A DNA stretch of 64,000 nt from assembly GCA_033764015.1 (NCBI GenBank), contig JANRJK010000055.1, forward strand, positions 64,001-128,000, written 5' to 3'. The stretch comes from Candidatus Sumerlaeia bacterium (GTDB lineage: Bacteria; Sumerlaeota; Sumerlaeia; SLMS01; JANRJK01). Positions 10,857 to 20,182 of this stretch are shown here, one piece after another; position 1 is the first letter of the stretch; each line of letters opens with the position of its first letter. The notes below the pieces were generated by a model. That model was not told the DNA's origin, ran no database searches, and was given only the letters and a program-made list of their open reading frames with translations. The position numbers and the translations under genes were made by a program.

Positions 10857-11657
10857 ATGATCAAAATCAACCTACTCCCACAGGAACTCAGCGGCAAATC
10901 CGCCGCCAAGAGCTCCACCTCCGAAGGCGGCGCCCTCGTCGTCCTCGTCGGCATCGTCATGTTCCTCGTCGCCGGCGGCTCGCTCTTCTGGACCGTCTCG
11001 ACCGTCTCCGCCTCCCGCGAACGGAAGTTCGAGGCCGAAGAGGCCGCCAAGAAGGTCGAAGAGGAGCTGAAGACGACCAAGGCCCAGTGGTCCGAGATCG
11101 AGGAGGGGATGAACGTGATGCAGAACCAGCTCGCGGTCATCCAGGCCCTCGACCCGCCCGACCGCCTGCTCTGGACCAAGAAGCTCAACATGCTCCCGAT
11201 GCTCGTGCCGGAGAACGTCTTCCTCACGAAGATCGAGGTGAAGCAGGACGTCCGCGAAGTGGAAACCCCCGAGTCGCTCCAAGGCTACGACGCCTGGGTC
11301 GCCGCGGGCAGCAAGGGCGCCCCGCCGGTCCGCGTGCGCCGCCCCAGCATCTCGCAGTCGGTCGCCCTCACGGGCCTCGCCTACTCCCCGGAGAACCGCT
11401 CGGAGGACCGCCTCGCGCTCGTGACGGAGTTCCTCTCGAACCTCGAATCGAAGGCCGTCGTCGTCCCCTACAGCGGCGAGGAGGAGTACTTCATCACCGG
11501 ATTCCTGCGCCGCATCGACTTCTCGCCGATCGAACTCGAACGCATCGGCGACCGGGAAGTGTCCAAGTTCACGTTCACGCTCAACACCAAGTCCACCGAG
11601 ATCAACCCCCAGGCGCTGTCGCTCGAAGAGCTCGCAGCCGCCCAGGGCGTGAACTGA
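10857..11657 (+). CDS. pilN: PilN-like alignment protein
   Basis: MIKINLLP motif, single TM, coiled coil, VPENVFLTKI; follows pilM. Confidence 0.8.
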   Translation: MIKINLLPQELSGKSAAKSSTSEGGALVVLVGIVMFLVAGGSLFWTVSTVSASRERKFEAEEAAKKVEEELKTTKAQWSEIEEGMNVMQNQLAVIQALDPPDRLLWTKKLNMLPMLVPENVFLTKIEVKQDVREVETPESLQGYDAWVAAGSKGAPPVRVRRPSISQSVALTGLAYSPENRSEDRLALVTEFLSNLESKAVVVPYSGEEEYFITGFLRRIDFSPIELERIGDREVSKFTFTLNTKSTEINPQALSLEELAAAQGVN

Positions 11658-11676
11658 CCGGGGAGGAAGACGAACC

Positions 11677-12255
11677 ATGGCTCTTTCCGAAAAGAACCGG
11701 CAGACACTCCTCGCGATCGTGATCGGCGGGCTGGTCCTCATCGCCGGCTCGGCCTATTACTACTTCATGTTCGCCGCCGCCGAGATCGAAAGTAACAAGA
11801 AGGTGACGGCGGAGGCCGAGCAGAAGGCGCGCGACGCGCGCCGCGAGCTCGCCAACCTGCAGGCGCTCATCGCCAACGACGACCAGCGCGAACTGATGAA
11901 GCGCCTCGTCGACCGCGTGAAGACCAAGCTCCCCTCCGACCCCGAGTCGACGGAGTTCTTCCGCTTCGTCGAGGAGACCCTGCGCAGGACCGGCGTCAGC
12001 ATGAGCCGCCTCGCCCCCGAGGACCCGGTCGCCCGCGAACTGTTCATCGAGGTGCCCTTCTCGATGCGCGGCGGCGCCCGCTACCACGAGTTCGGCCAAC
12101 TCCTGAACGTGGTCGAGTGCAGCCCGGAGCGCCTCATGCGCGTCGCCGAGTTCAAGATCGACAACGACCCGGCCCGCCCCTCGGTGCACCCCATCGAAGT
12201 CATGATCACCACCTTCACCTTCAACGAAGCCGGCGCCAAGCGAGCAGCCCGATGA
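11677..12255 (+). CDS. pilO: PilO-like alignment protein
   Basis: N-terminal TM, coiled coil, KLPS, EVPFSMRGGARYHEFGQLL; operon position. Confidence 0.8.
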   Translation: MALSEKNRQTLLAIVIGGLVLIAGSAYYYFMFAAAEIESNKKVTAEAEQKARDARRELANLQALIANDDQRELMKRLVDRVKTKLPSDPESTEFFRFVEETLRRTGVSMSRLAPEDPVARELFIEVPFSMRGGARYHEFGQLLNVVECSPERLMRVAEFKIDNDPARPSVHPIEVMITTFTFNEAGAKRAAR

Positions 12256-12281
12256 GACCCCTGGAAAGGAACGCCGCCACC

Positions 12282-13103
12282 ATGAAGCAGCATGGACTCC
12301 GCGCGACGGCACCGCTGGCGGGACTCTTCGCGCTAGCCCTCGCCGCCGCCGTCCCAGCCCAAGAATCCGAGTGGGAACTCGAACAGCGCACCATGCGCGA
12401 GGCCGCAGCGCAGGAACAGCGGCAGCCCGCCGCTGGCGCCTCCGCCGCCCCCGCCACGGAGGCCTCCGTCGAGGAACTCCAGCGCCTCCTCAACCTCCCC
12501 CGCGGCGCCCGCCTCGGGTCGGAACTCGACGAGGATCCCTCCAACCCCCGCGACATCTTCCAGGACGCCGCCATGCGCCAGCGCGCGCTCGGCGAACGGC
12601 CCCGGTTCATCTACTTCCCGGAAGGCCCGGACCCCATGATCATCCCGTGGGTCCGCGCGCAGATCATCGCGCAGGAACTGCTCGACCGCGCCCGCGCGCT
12701 CGAACAGCTCGGCGACCTGCCCGCCGCCGAGGCCACCCTGGTCGAAATCGTCGACAAGTACCCGACGACCCCGAGCGCCACCCCGGCCCGCACATCCCTC
12801 GCGGCGGTCCGCGCAAAGATCGCCGCAGGCGCCAACGCCGGCACCGAAACGGCCGAGACGGGCCCGAGCATCGAACCTCCCCCCGAGACCCAAGTGGTCC
12901 TTCCGGACGAGGTCCGCAACAACTCGTTCGCCGTCTATTTCCGCGGCGAGCGCAACCAAGTGCTCGTGTTCGACGACATCCTCGTCGAAGGGGACCGGGT
13001 GCCGCGCTTCGCCGGCGTCATCGTGAAGCGCATCGAGCCCGGCAAGATCGTCTACGAGTACCAAGGCGAAGAGTTCGAGGTGGAAGTGGATGGTTCGCTC
13101 TGA
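12282..13103 (+). CDS. Exported protein in the PilP position (TPR-like helices plus C-terminal beta domain); alternative start 12252
   Basis: Signal peptide ending AVPA, no lipobox Cys; DPMIIPW; VEGDRV..VKRIEPGKIVY. Confidence 0.6.
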   Translation: MKQHGLRATAPLAGLFALALAAAVPAQESEWELEQRTMREAAAQEQRQPAAGASAAPATEASVEELQRLLNLPRGARLGSELDEDPSNPRDIFQDAAMRQRALGERPRFIYFPEGPDPMIIPWVRAQIIAQELLDRARALEQLGDLPAAEATLVEIVDKYPTTPSATPARTSLAAVRAKIAAGANAGTETAETGPSIEPPPETQVVLPDEVRNNSFAVYFRGERNQVLVFDDILVEGDRVPRFAGVIVKRIEPGKIVYEYQGEEFEVEVDGSL

Positions 13104-13143
13104 CATGAAAAAGACCGACAACACGCCCAGGAGCCTGACGCTC

Positions 13144-15135
13144 ATGCAACGCAACACCCTCCGCCGCACCGCGACACTCGCCGGAGCCGCCATCCTCGCG
13201 GCCGCCGCGCTCCACGCCGCCCCGGTGATCGACGGTGTGCAGTTCTCCCGCGACGACTCGGGCGAACGCCTCTTCGTCCGCTGGAGCGAAGCCACGCAGG
13301 TGCAGGTGGACCGGTTCCCCGCCGCGAACCAGGTGGTGCTGACGTTCCGCGGGGCGGGGCTTTCGCCCGCTGCCCGCGCCGCCCTCGAGATCCCCTCCGC
13401 GAGCGGCGTCGCGGACGCCCGCCTCTCCGAGGTGGTCCTCTCCGACGGCGCCAGCGCCACGCAGCTCACGCTGACGCTCAAGGAGGGAGCCGGCGACCTC
13501 GACACCGTCGCCAGCGCCCGCGCGCTCACGCTCCTGCTCCCGGGCCACGCCGCCGCCGCGCCGAAGGCGCAGGGCGACGGCATCGTGCTCACCAACCGCG
13601 AGCTGGTCGAGATGTTCGGCGCGGAAGCGGTCGGCTCCGCCGACGCCCCGTCGACCGGCGCCGGCCAGGACGGCTCCGCCGCCCCCGCCTTCTTCGTGCC
13701 CCCGCCGGCGGCCCCCGCTCCCACGTCCATCGACGTCTCCGGCGACGACCAGAGCCTCCTGGCCAACGATCCGCGCTTCCGCGAAGTGATCCGCAACCTC
13801 GACGTCAAGGACGCCGAGCTCCTCTTCGTCCTCCGCGGCTTCGCCCGCCAGACGCAGATGAACATCATCGCCAACCCCAGCGTCGTCGGCGGCCGCGTCA
13901 GCGTCTCGCTCCAAAACGTCACGGTCGGCGACGCCTTCGACGCGCTGCTGAAGGCCAACGACCTCGCGTTCAAGGTCGAGCGCGGCGGCATCATCCGCAT
14001 CGTCCGCCGCGACGAGGTCCGCACCACCGAGAAGGAAACCGTCACGCAGGCGGTCCCCATCAACTGGATCTCCGCAGACGAGGTGGCCAAGGCGCTCAAA
14101 CCGTTCATGACCGAAGAGGCCGGCGGGATCTCCGTCGCGCAGATCGCCAACACGGTCATCATCCGCGAAGTCCCGGAGAACATGACCCGCCTCCAGGAGC
14201 TGATCCGCCGCATCGACGCGCCGGAGAAGCAGGTGAAGATGGAACTCCGCCTCGTGGACCTCACCGAGTCCGCCTCGCGGAACCTCGGCTTCCGCACCGA
14301 CTTCGTCTCGTCCGAGGGCCAGGACCTGATTCCCCTCGGTAGCGGCGGCTCCTCGCCCACCGAGGATCCGGACGTGTTCTTCTTCCCGCGCAGCACCGGC
14401 GGCGCCGGCGGCGTTCCCGTGGACAGCAGCCTCGACCTGACGGGCCGCAGCCAGTGGGACATCCTCGGCAACAACTACCAGTTCGAGTGGAACCTCCGCG
14501 CGGAAGAGCAGCGCGGCGAAGCGACGGTGCTCGCGCACCCGGTCGTCGTCTCGCTCAACAACGTCGAAGCCAGCATCGAAATCATCCGCAAGGAACCGTA
14601 CGAGAGCGCGACGACCACCGACGCCGGCGTCGTCGTGACGATCGAGGAGAAGGACACCGGTATCCGCGTCCGCGTCCTTCCCCGCATCACCAACAACGGC
14701 TACGTGCAGATGAACATCGCCCCGGAGCAGCTCATCTTCCGCGAACTGCGCCCGACGCGCCTCGGCAACTACCCGCTCATCGACGAGCGCCGCGTGAACA
14801 CCTCCGTCATCGTCAAGGACGAGGAGACGGTGGCGCTCGGCGGCCTCCGCCAGCTCGAGTTCCGCTCCTCAGAGCGCGGAGCCCCCTGGCTGATGCGCCT
14901 CCCGGTCTTCGGATGGCTCTTCAAGAACACCACCGACGAAATGGACAAGACGGAGCTGGTGCTCTTCGCGACCCCGCGCATCATCAAGAAGACCGCGCTC
15001 GACGCGTACGAGACCTCGCTCTACGACAAGATCGACTACAACTGGGACCTCCCCGACTACTACTTCGACCAGGTGCGCCCGCGCACCACGGAGAACGAGA
15101 AGGCCGGCCCGGTGGACTACAAGAAGTTCGAATGA
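13144..15135 (+). CDS. pilQ: PilQ/ComE-like secretin with AMIN-like N-terminal domain
   Basis: Signal peptide, QVKMELRLVD, VLAHPVVVSLNN, VKDEETVALGGL, PVFGWLFK, ELVLFATPRII; AGGAG before ATG. Confidence 0.85.
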   Translation: MQRNTLRRTATLAGAAILAAAALHAAPVIDGVQFSRDDSGERLFVRWSEATQVQVDRFPAANQVVLTFRGAGLSPAARAALEIPSASGVADARLSEVVLSDGASATQLTLTLKEGAGDLDTVASARALTLLLPGHAAAAPKAQGDGIVLTNRELVEMFGAEAVGSADAPSTGAGQDGSAAPAFFVPPPAAPAPTSIDVSGDDQSLLANDPRFREVIRNLDVKDAELLFVLRGFARQTQMNIIANPSVVGGRVSVSLQNVTVGDAFDALLKANDLAFKVERGGIIRIVRRDEVRTTEKETVTQAVPINWISADEVAKALKPFMTEEAGGISVAQIANTVIIREVPENMTRLQELIRRIDAPEKQVKMELRLVDLTESASRNLGFRTDFVSSEGQDLIPLGSGGSSPTEDPDVFFFPRSTGGAGGVPVDSSLDLTGRSQWDILGNNYQFEWNLRAEEQRGEATVLAHPVVVSLNNVEASIEIIRKEPYESATTTDAGVVVTIEEKDTGIRVRVLPRITNNGYVQMNIAPEQLIFRELRPTRLGNYPLIDERRVNTSVIVKDEETVALGGLRQLEFRSSERGAPWLMRLPVFGWLFKNTTDEMDKTELVLFATPRIIKKTALDAYETSLYDKIDYNWDLPDYYFDQVRPRTTENEKAGPVDYKKFE

Positions 15136-15157
15136 CCCCGCGACGCGCGGTCTGAAG

Positions 15158-15190
15158 GGGGCGGGGCGCCGAGAGCGCTCCGCCCCTTTT
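15158..15190 (+). terminator. Intrinsic terminator after pil operon
   Basis: ggggcggggcgc / gcgctccgcccc stem followed by TTTT. Confidence 0.7.
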
Positions 15191-15223
15191 CCGTGCCCCA
15201 CCACCATTTCCACGAAGGGTACA

Positions 15224-16966
15224 ATGTCCCTCCTGGCGTTCGTCCCCGAGCCCTTCCGGCCCAAGCTCCTCGACGCCATCCCCACGTACGACCGCCGCAT
15301 GCTCATGGCGGACCTCATGGCCGGCACCACCGTCGGCGTGGTCGCCCTCCCGTTGGCCATGGCCTTCGCGATCGCGAGCGGCCTTCCCCCCGAGCGCGGC
15401 CTGTTCACCGCCATTGTCGCCGGCTTCCTCATTTCCGCGCTTGGCGGCACGCGGGTCCAGATCGGCGGCCCCACGGTGTCCTTCGTCGTCATCGTCTCCG
15501 GGATCGGCGCCACCTACGGCTACCCGGGCATCGTCTATTGCACGCTGCTTTCCGGCGCGCTGCTGATCGTCATGGGGCTCGCCAAGCTCGGCGCGCTGAT
15601 CCGCTTCATCCCCTTCCCCGTCACCACCGGCTTCACCACAGGAATCGCGGTGGTGATCTTCACCACGCAGGTGAAGGACCTGTTCGGCCTGCGCATCGAG
15701 ACCATGCCGGAGGGATTCATCGAGAAGTGGCAGGCGTTCATCCTGGCGGCGCCGACGATGCAGCCAGCGGAGGCGGCCGTCGGCCTAGGCACCGTCGCGC
15801 TCGTGTTCGTCGTCCGCTCATTGTTCCCGAAGGTGCCCGCGATGCTTGTCGGCATGGTCGCCGCCACCGCCGCCGTGACGGCCCTGGGGCTCCCGGTGGA
15901 AACCATCGGCACGCGGTTCGGCGGCTTGCCGGGGACACTCCCGATGCCCTCGCTCCCCGAATTCGATCCGAACATGCTTCGCCAACTGATCTCCCCGGCA
16001 TTCACCATCGCCCTCCTCGCGGCGATCGAGTCGCTCCTCAGCGCGCAGGTGGCGGATGGCATGACCGGCGACCGTAACCGGCCGAACGCGGAATTGGTCG
16101 GGCAGGGCGTGGCGAACATGGCGAGCGTGGTCTTCGGCGGAATCCCCGCCGCGAGCGCGCTGGCCCGCACCGCCACCAACATCCGCAGCGGCGCCAAGAC
16201 CCCCGTCGCCGGGATGATCCACTCGCTGGTGCTGCTGCTCCTCCTGCTGCTCGCGGCGCCGCTCGCGAAGCTGATCCCGCTCGCGTGCCTCGCGGGGATC
16301 CTCGTTGGCGTCGCCTGGAACATGAGCGAGCTGCCGCACTTCCTTGGCCTGCTCCGCTCGCCGCGCTCCGACGTCGCGGTGCTGCTCACCACCTTCCTGC
16401 TCACGGTGCTTGTGGACCTGTCGGTGGCGGTGGAGGTGGGCGTGGTGCTGGCCTCGCTGCTCTTCATCAAGCGAATGGCGGAGGTGACCAACATCGGCCT
16501 CATCACCAAGTCGATCGCCGACGATCCGGACGAGCGCGACCCGAACTCGATCACCATCCGCGAGGTGCCGCCCGGCGTGGAGGTGTTCGAGATCTCCGGC
16601 CCGTTCTTCTTCGGCGCCGCGGAGCAGTTCAAGGAGACGCTGGAGGACCTGCACGTGAAGCCCAAGGCGCTTATCATCCGCATGCGCAAGGTCTCCGCCA
16701 TCGACGCGACCGGCATGCACGTGCTCCAGGAGCTGAACCGCCGCTGCGGGCGCGAGGGCACGCGCCTGGTGCTCTCCGGCGTCCACATGCAGCCGCTCAA
16801 CGCGATGGTGCAGTCGGGCCTCTACGACGAGATCGGCGAGGAAAACGTGCACGGGCACATCGACGACGCGCTGGACCGCGCGCGGGCGGTGGTCGGCCTT
16901 CCCCCGGCGAAGCGCGTCGCGCCCTTCGTCCCCACGGTCTCGCGCGAGGAGAACCGGAAAATCTAG
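15224..16966 (+). CDS. SulP family anion permease with STAS domain
   Basis: ALPLAMAFAIASG, QIGGPT, AIESLLSA, GPFFFGAA, IDATG. Confidence 0.92.
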   Translation: MSLLAFVPEPFRPKLLDAIPTYDRRMLMADLMAGTTVGVVALPLAMAFAIASGLPPERGLFTAIVAGFLISALGGTRVQIGGPTVSFVVIVSGIGATYGYPGIVYCTLLSGALLIVMGLAKLGALIRFIPFPVTTGFTTGIAVVIFTTQVKDLFGLRIETMPEGFIEKWQAFILAAPTMQPAEAAVGLGTVALVFVVRSLFPKVPAMLVGMVAATAAVTALGLPVETIGTRFGGLPGTLPMPSLPEFDPNMLRQLISPAFTIALLAAIESLLSAQVADGMTGDRNRPNAELVGQGVANMASVVFGGIPAASALARTATNIRSGAKTPVAGMIHSLVLLLLLLLAAPLAKLIPLACLAGILVGVAWNMSELPHFLGLLRSPRSDVAVLLTTFLLTVLVDLSVAVEVGVVLASLLFIKRMAEVTNIGLITKSIADDPDERDPNSITIREVPPGVEVFEISGPFFFGAAEQFKETLEDLHVKPKALIIRMRKVSAIDATGMHVLQELNRRCGREGTRLVLSGVHMQPLNAMVQSGLYDEIGEENVHGHIDDALDRARAVVGLPPAKRVAPFVPTVSREENRKI

Positions 16967-17111
16967 CCGCGCCGAATCGATGTTGACAGTGTTCCCGGCG
17001 CGCGGGGCGCATGGGCGCGTAGGCGGTCATTCTCGCGAATTCTCCCGTTCCCGTTCCCGCACAGGGCCTCGCGACCCGGACCCGCCCCAGCTCCCGAGGA
17101 GGCATCCGCCC

Positions 17112-18719
17112 ATGCCGGATTTCGTTCTCGACGGCGCCCCGAGCGGCGCCGTCAACATCAAGGTGATCGGTGTCGGAGGCGGCGGCTGCAACGCCGTCGA
17201 CTCTGTGTTCACCCGCGGCCTTTCCAGCGTCGAGTTCTACGTCCTGAACTCCGACATCCAGGCCCTCAAGCGCACCAAGTGCCCCAACCGCATCCAGATC
17301 GGCAGCGAGCGCACGCACGGCCGCGGCTGCGGCGCCGACCCCAAGCTCGGCGAGCAGTGCCTCCTCGACGCGAAGGAACTCATCGTCGAAACGCTCCAGA
17401 GCACCGAGCTGGTCTTCGTGACCTCGGGCATGGGCGGCGGCACCGGCACCGGCGCGGCGCCCGCCCTCGCGCAGATCGCCCGTGAAATGGGCATCCTCAC
17501 CGTCGGCGTCGTCACCACCCCCTTCAAGTTCGAAGGCCCCCGCCGCGCCAAGAGCGCCCTCGAGGGCATCGAGAAGATGCGCGAGCACTGCGACACGCTC
17601 ATCATCGTCAACAACAACCGCCTCCTCGACACGGTCGGCCCCCGCGTGCCGCTCCGCGAGGCCTTCCAGGTGGCCGACACGGTGCTCGCCGACGCGGTGC
17701 AGGCGATCAGCGACCTGATCGCCACGCCGTGCCTGATCAACCTCGATTTCAACGACGTCCGCACCATCATGGGCGGCCGCGGCGGCGCCGTCATGGGCAT
17801 CGGCGTCGGCAAGGGCGAGAACCGCGCGCAGGAGGCCGTCAAGAAGGCCACCAGCAGCCCGCTCCTCGACAAGCTCGTGATCGACGGCGCCAGCGGCATC
17901 CTCGTCTGCATCACCGGCGGCGCCGACATGACGCTCAAGGAGGTCGACGAGGCGGTCACGCTCGTCACCGAGATGGCCGACCCGGACGTGGACATCATCT
18001 TCGGCGCCGGAGAGGACGAGTCCCTCACGGACCAGATGCGCGTCACGCTCATCGCGACGGGTTTCAAGGAAGAGATGCAGGCGCGCCGCGACGCCGAGGT
18101 GAACCGCAAGAACCAGCTCCGCCGCGACCGCGGCTTCGCCGAGCCGCAGCGGCAGGCGCCCCGCGCGTCGATCCAGCTTCCCCCGCTGGACGACGAGATC
18201 GAGGAGCCCGTCTCCGCGCCGCCGCCCTCCGCCGCCGCCCGCCAGCAGCAGGCGCCCGCCGCGCCCGAGCGCGCGCAGGCTCCCCAGCAGCAGCAGCCCA
18301 CCATGCGCCCCGCCGCGCCCGCGGCGAACGGCAACGGGGGCAACGGCCCCGGATCGCGCCCCGGCACGCTCCGCAGCACGCTCGAATCGATGATGCGCGA
18401 GCAGGCTCCCGCCGCCCCGGCCGCCCCCGCGCGCGCCGAAGCGCCCGCCGAGCCGTCCATCCGCGTCGCCCCGAGCGGACCCTCGCGCCAGCCCGTCCCG
18501 TCGCAGGCGACCGCCTACAACGTCCGCACCGCGCCGCCGCGCCAGTCCCCCGCGCCGGCCGCCGCCGCCGTCCGCTCGGCCTCGCGCCCCGCGGCCGACT
18601 CCGATACGATCAACATTCCGCTCTTCGACCCCGCCAACGACGAGAAGGCGGAAGAGGAAAAGGGCGGCGTGAACTTCGACATCCCGAGCTTCATGCGCAA
18701 GCGCGGCCTCTTCGAGTAA
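17112..18719 (+). CDS. ftsZ: Cell division protein FtsZ with long Pro/Ala/Gln-rich linker
   Basis: IKVIGVGGGG, GMGGGTGTG, PFKFEG, INLDFND, C-terminal FDIPSFMRK; GAGGAGG RBS. Confidence 0.93.
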   Translation: MPDFVLDGAPSGAVNIKVIGVGGGGCNAVDSVFTRGLSSVEFYVLNSDIQALKRTKCPNRIQIGSERTHGRGCGADPKLGEQCLLDAKELIVETLQSTELVFVTSGMGGGTGTGAAPALAQIAREMGILTVGVVTTPFKFEGPRRAKSALEGIEKMREHCDTLIIVNNNRLLDTVGPRVPLREAFQVADTVLADAVQAISDLIATPCLINLDFNDVRTIMGGRGGAVMGIGVGKGENRAQEAVKKATSSPLLDKLVIDGASGILVCITGGADMTLKEVDEAVTLVTEMADPDVDIIFGAGEDESLTDQMRVTLIATGFKEEMQARRDAEVNRKNQLRRDRGFAEPQRQAPRASIQLPPLDDEIEEPVSAPPPSAAARQQQAPAAPERAQAPQQQQPTMRPAAPAANGNGGNGPGSRPGTLRSTLESMMREQAPAAPAAPARAEAPAEPSIRVAPSGPSRQPVPSQATAYNVRTAPPRQSPAPAAAAVRSASRPAADSDTINIPLFDPANDEKAEEEKGGVNFDIPSFMRKRGLFE

Positions 18720-18745
18720 CCGCTCCGCCGAAGCAGCGTTCCACC

Positions 18746-18786
18746 ACGCCCCCGGAGCCGCGGCCGGCCCGCCTCCGGGGGCGTTT
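18746..18786 (+). terminator. Hairpin/terminator between convergent ftsZ and 18808-19092
   Basis: Perfect 12-bp inverted repeat acgcccccggag / ctccgggggcgt with short T run. Confidence 0.55.
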
Positions 18787-18807
18787 CCCATTGGCGGAAT
18801 CTGGTGT

Positions 18808-19092
18808 TCATTCTTCCTCGACGTAGTCGATCAGCAGCATATAGTTACCCGACTCCAGTTCCACGGCGTCGACGGAAACGACGTTCGCGCCCTGATTCGA
18901 GAGATCTTCAACTGCTGAGTTCAAAGCGGCGATCGCGGCTTGGGTATTGGCTTCGTCATCGCCCGCCTCAACGACGGGGGTGAGCACCTCCGCGCGCTTG
19001 ATAATGACAGTCCCAATTCCGACTAGCCCAGCGTGCAGGGGCGCGGCGCAGAAAGCGGCGATGGCGAGAAGCAGAGCAAGGGTCTTGATCAT
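18808..19092 (-). CDS. Small acidic secreted hypothetical protein
   Basis: Signal peptide ending PLHA; AAGGA upstream; visibly lower GC. Confidence 0.6.
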   Translation of the reverse strand: MIKTLALLLAIAAFCAAPLHAGLVGIGTVIIKRAEVLTPVVEAGDDEANTQAAIAALNSAVEDLSNQGANVVSVDAVELESGNYMLLIDYVEEE

Positions 19093-19251
19093 TGTAATGG
19101 CATCCTTGGGGTTTGAGGGGACCTTTCTCGGCGTCGACTCTTGACCGCAATGGGGAATCCTAATGCCAGCGATTCCCTTTGAGTCCGCGGCCCCCGGCGC
19201 GTGGAATCACACGACGGGGCCCGCGCCCCGGAAACCAACGGCGGTGGCCAA

Positions 19252-19563
19252 ATGATCGACCAGAACTCGGTGCGGAAGCTTCAGAAGGAACTCGAAGGGC
19301 GCATGGAGCGCATCCAGGACGAACTCAAGCAGAAGACCGTCGAGGGCACCGCCGGCGGCGGCGCCGTCACCGTCGTCTGCAACGGCCAGTCCGAAGTCAT
19401 CTCCGTCTCCATCAAGCCCGAGGCGGTCGACCCCGACGACATCGAGATGCTGCAGGACCTGGTGCGCGCCGCGTGCAACCAGGCGGTCGAGCGTTCCAAG
19501 AAGATGCACGAGGACGCGGTCTCCGGCCTCACCGGCGGGCTCCACTTCCCCGGCCTGTTCTAA
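19252..19563 (+). CDS. ybaB: YbaB/EbfC nucleoid-associated protein
   Basis: VEGTAGGGAVTV, VDPDDIEMLQDLV, LTGGL.FPGLF; precedes recR. Confidence 0.92.
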   Translation: MIDQNSVRKLQKELEGRMERIQDELKQKTVEGTAGGGAVTVVCNGQSEVISVSIKPEAVDPDDIEMLQDLVRAACNQAVERSKKMHEDAVSGLTGGLHFPGLF

Positions 19564-19568
19564 GAGGC

Positions 19569-20171
19569 GTGATTCCCGAGGCGCTCGAGCAGCTCGTCGG
19601 CGAGCTGGGCAAGCTGCCCGGCATCGGCCGCCGCACCGCCGAGCGCCTCGCGTTCGACCTGCTCCGCCGATCGCCCGCGCGCCCCGTGGCGCTCGCCGCG
19701 GCGCTCGAGCGCGTCGGCTCCGAGATCGGCCTCTGCCCGCGGTGCTTCTACTACGCCGAGCGCGGACAGTGCGTCCTGCGCTGCGACCGCGAGCGCGATC
19801 CCGAAACTCTTTGCGTCGTCGAGTCGCCCATGGACGTCGTCGCCTTCGAGAAGGCCAACCCCACGCGGATGCGCTACCATGTGCTCGGCGGCAAGCTGGT
19901 GCCCATGAAGGGCATCGGGCCGGAGCAGCTCCACCTCGCGGAGCTGCGCGCGCGAGTCGCCGAGGACGGCGTCCGCGAGGTGATCGTCGCCACGTCGCCT
20001 TCCGTCGAGGGGGACGCCACCGCGATTTTCCTGGCGGGCGAACTGGCCCGCGCCGGCGTCCGGGTGACGCGCATCGGGCGCGGCATCCCCACCGGCGGCA
20101 GCCTCGAACACAGCGACGCGGAAACGCTCCGGCAGGCGCTCGACGGCCGCCGCGAACTCGCCGCACCCTGA
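19569..20171 (+). CDS. recR: Recombination mediator RecR
   Basis: LPGIGRRTAERLA HhH, C4 zinc finger, CVVE, YHVLGG, EGDATA, VTRIGRG. Confidence 0.93.
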   Translation: MIPEALEQLVGELGKLPGIGRRTAERLAFDLLRRSPARPVALAAALERVGSEIGLCPRCFYYAERGQCVLRCDRERDPETLCVVESPMDVVAFEKANPTRMRYHVLGGKLVPMKGIGPEQLHLAELRARVAEDGVREVIVATSPSVEGDATAIFLAGELARAGVRVTRIGRGIPTGGSLEHSDAETLRQALDGRRELAAP

Positions 20172-20182
20172 CAGGAGCCGAC

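Noticed and set aside
16984..16989. Perfect TTGACA upstream of ftsZ
   Set aside because: No credible -10 at the proper spacing
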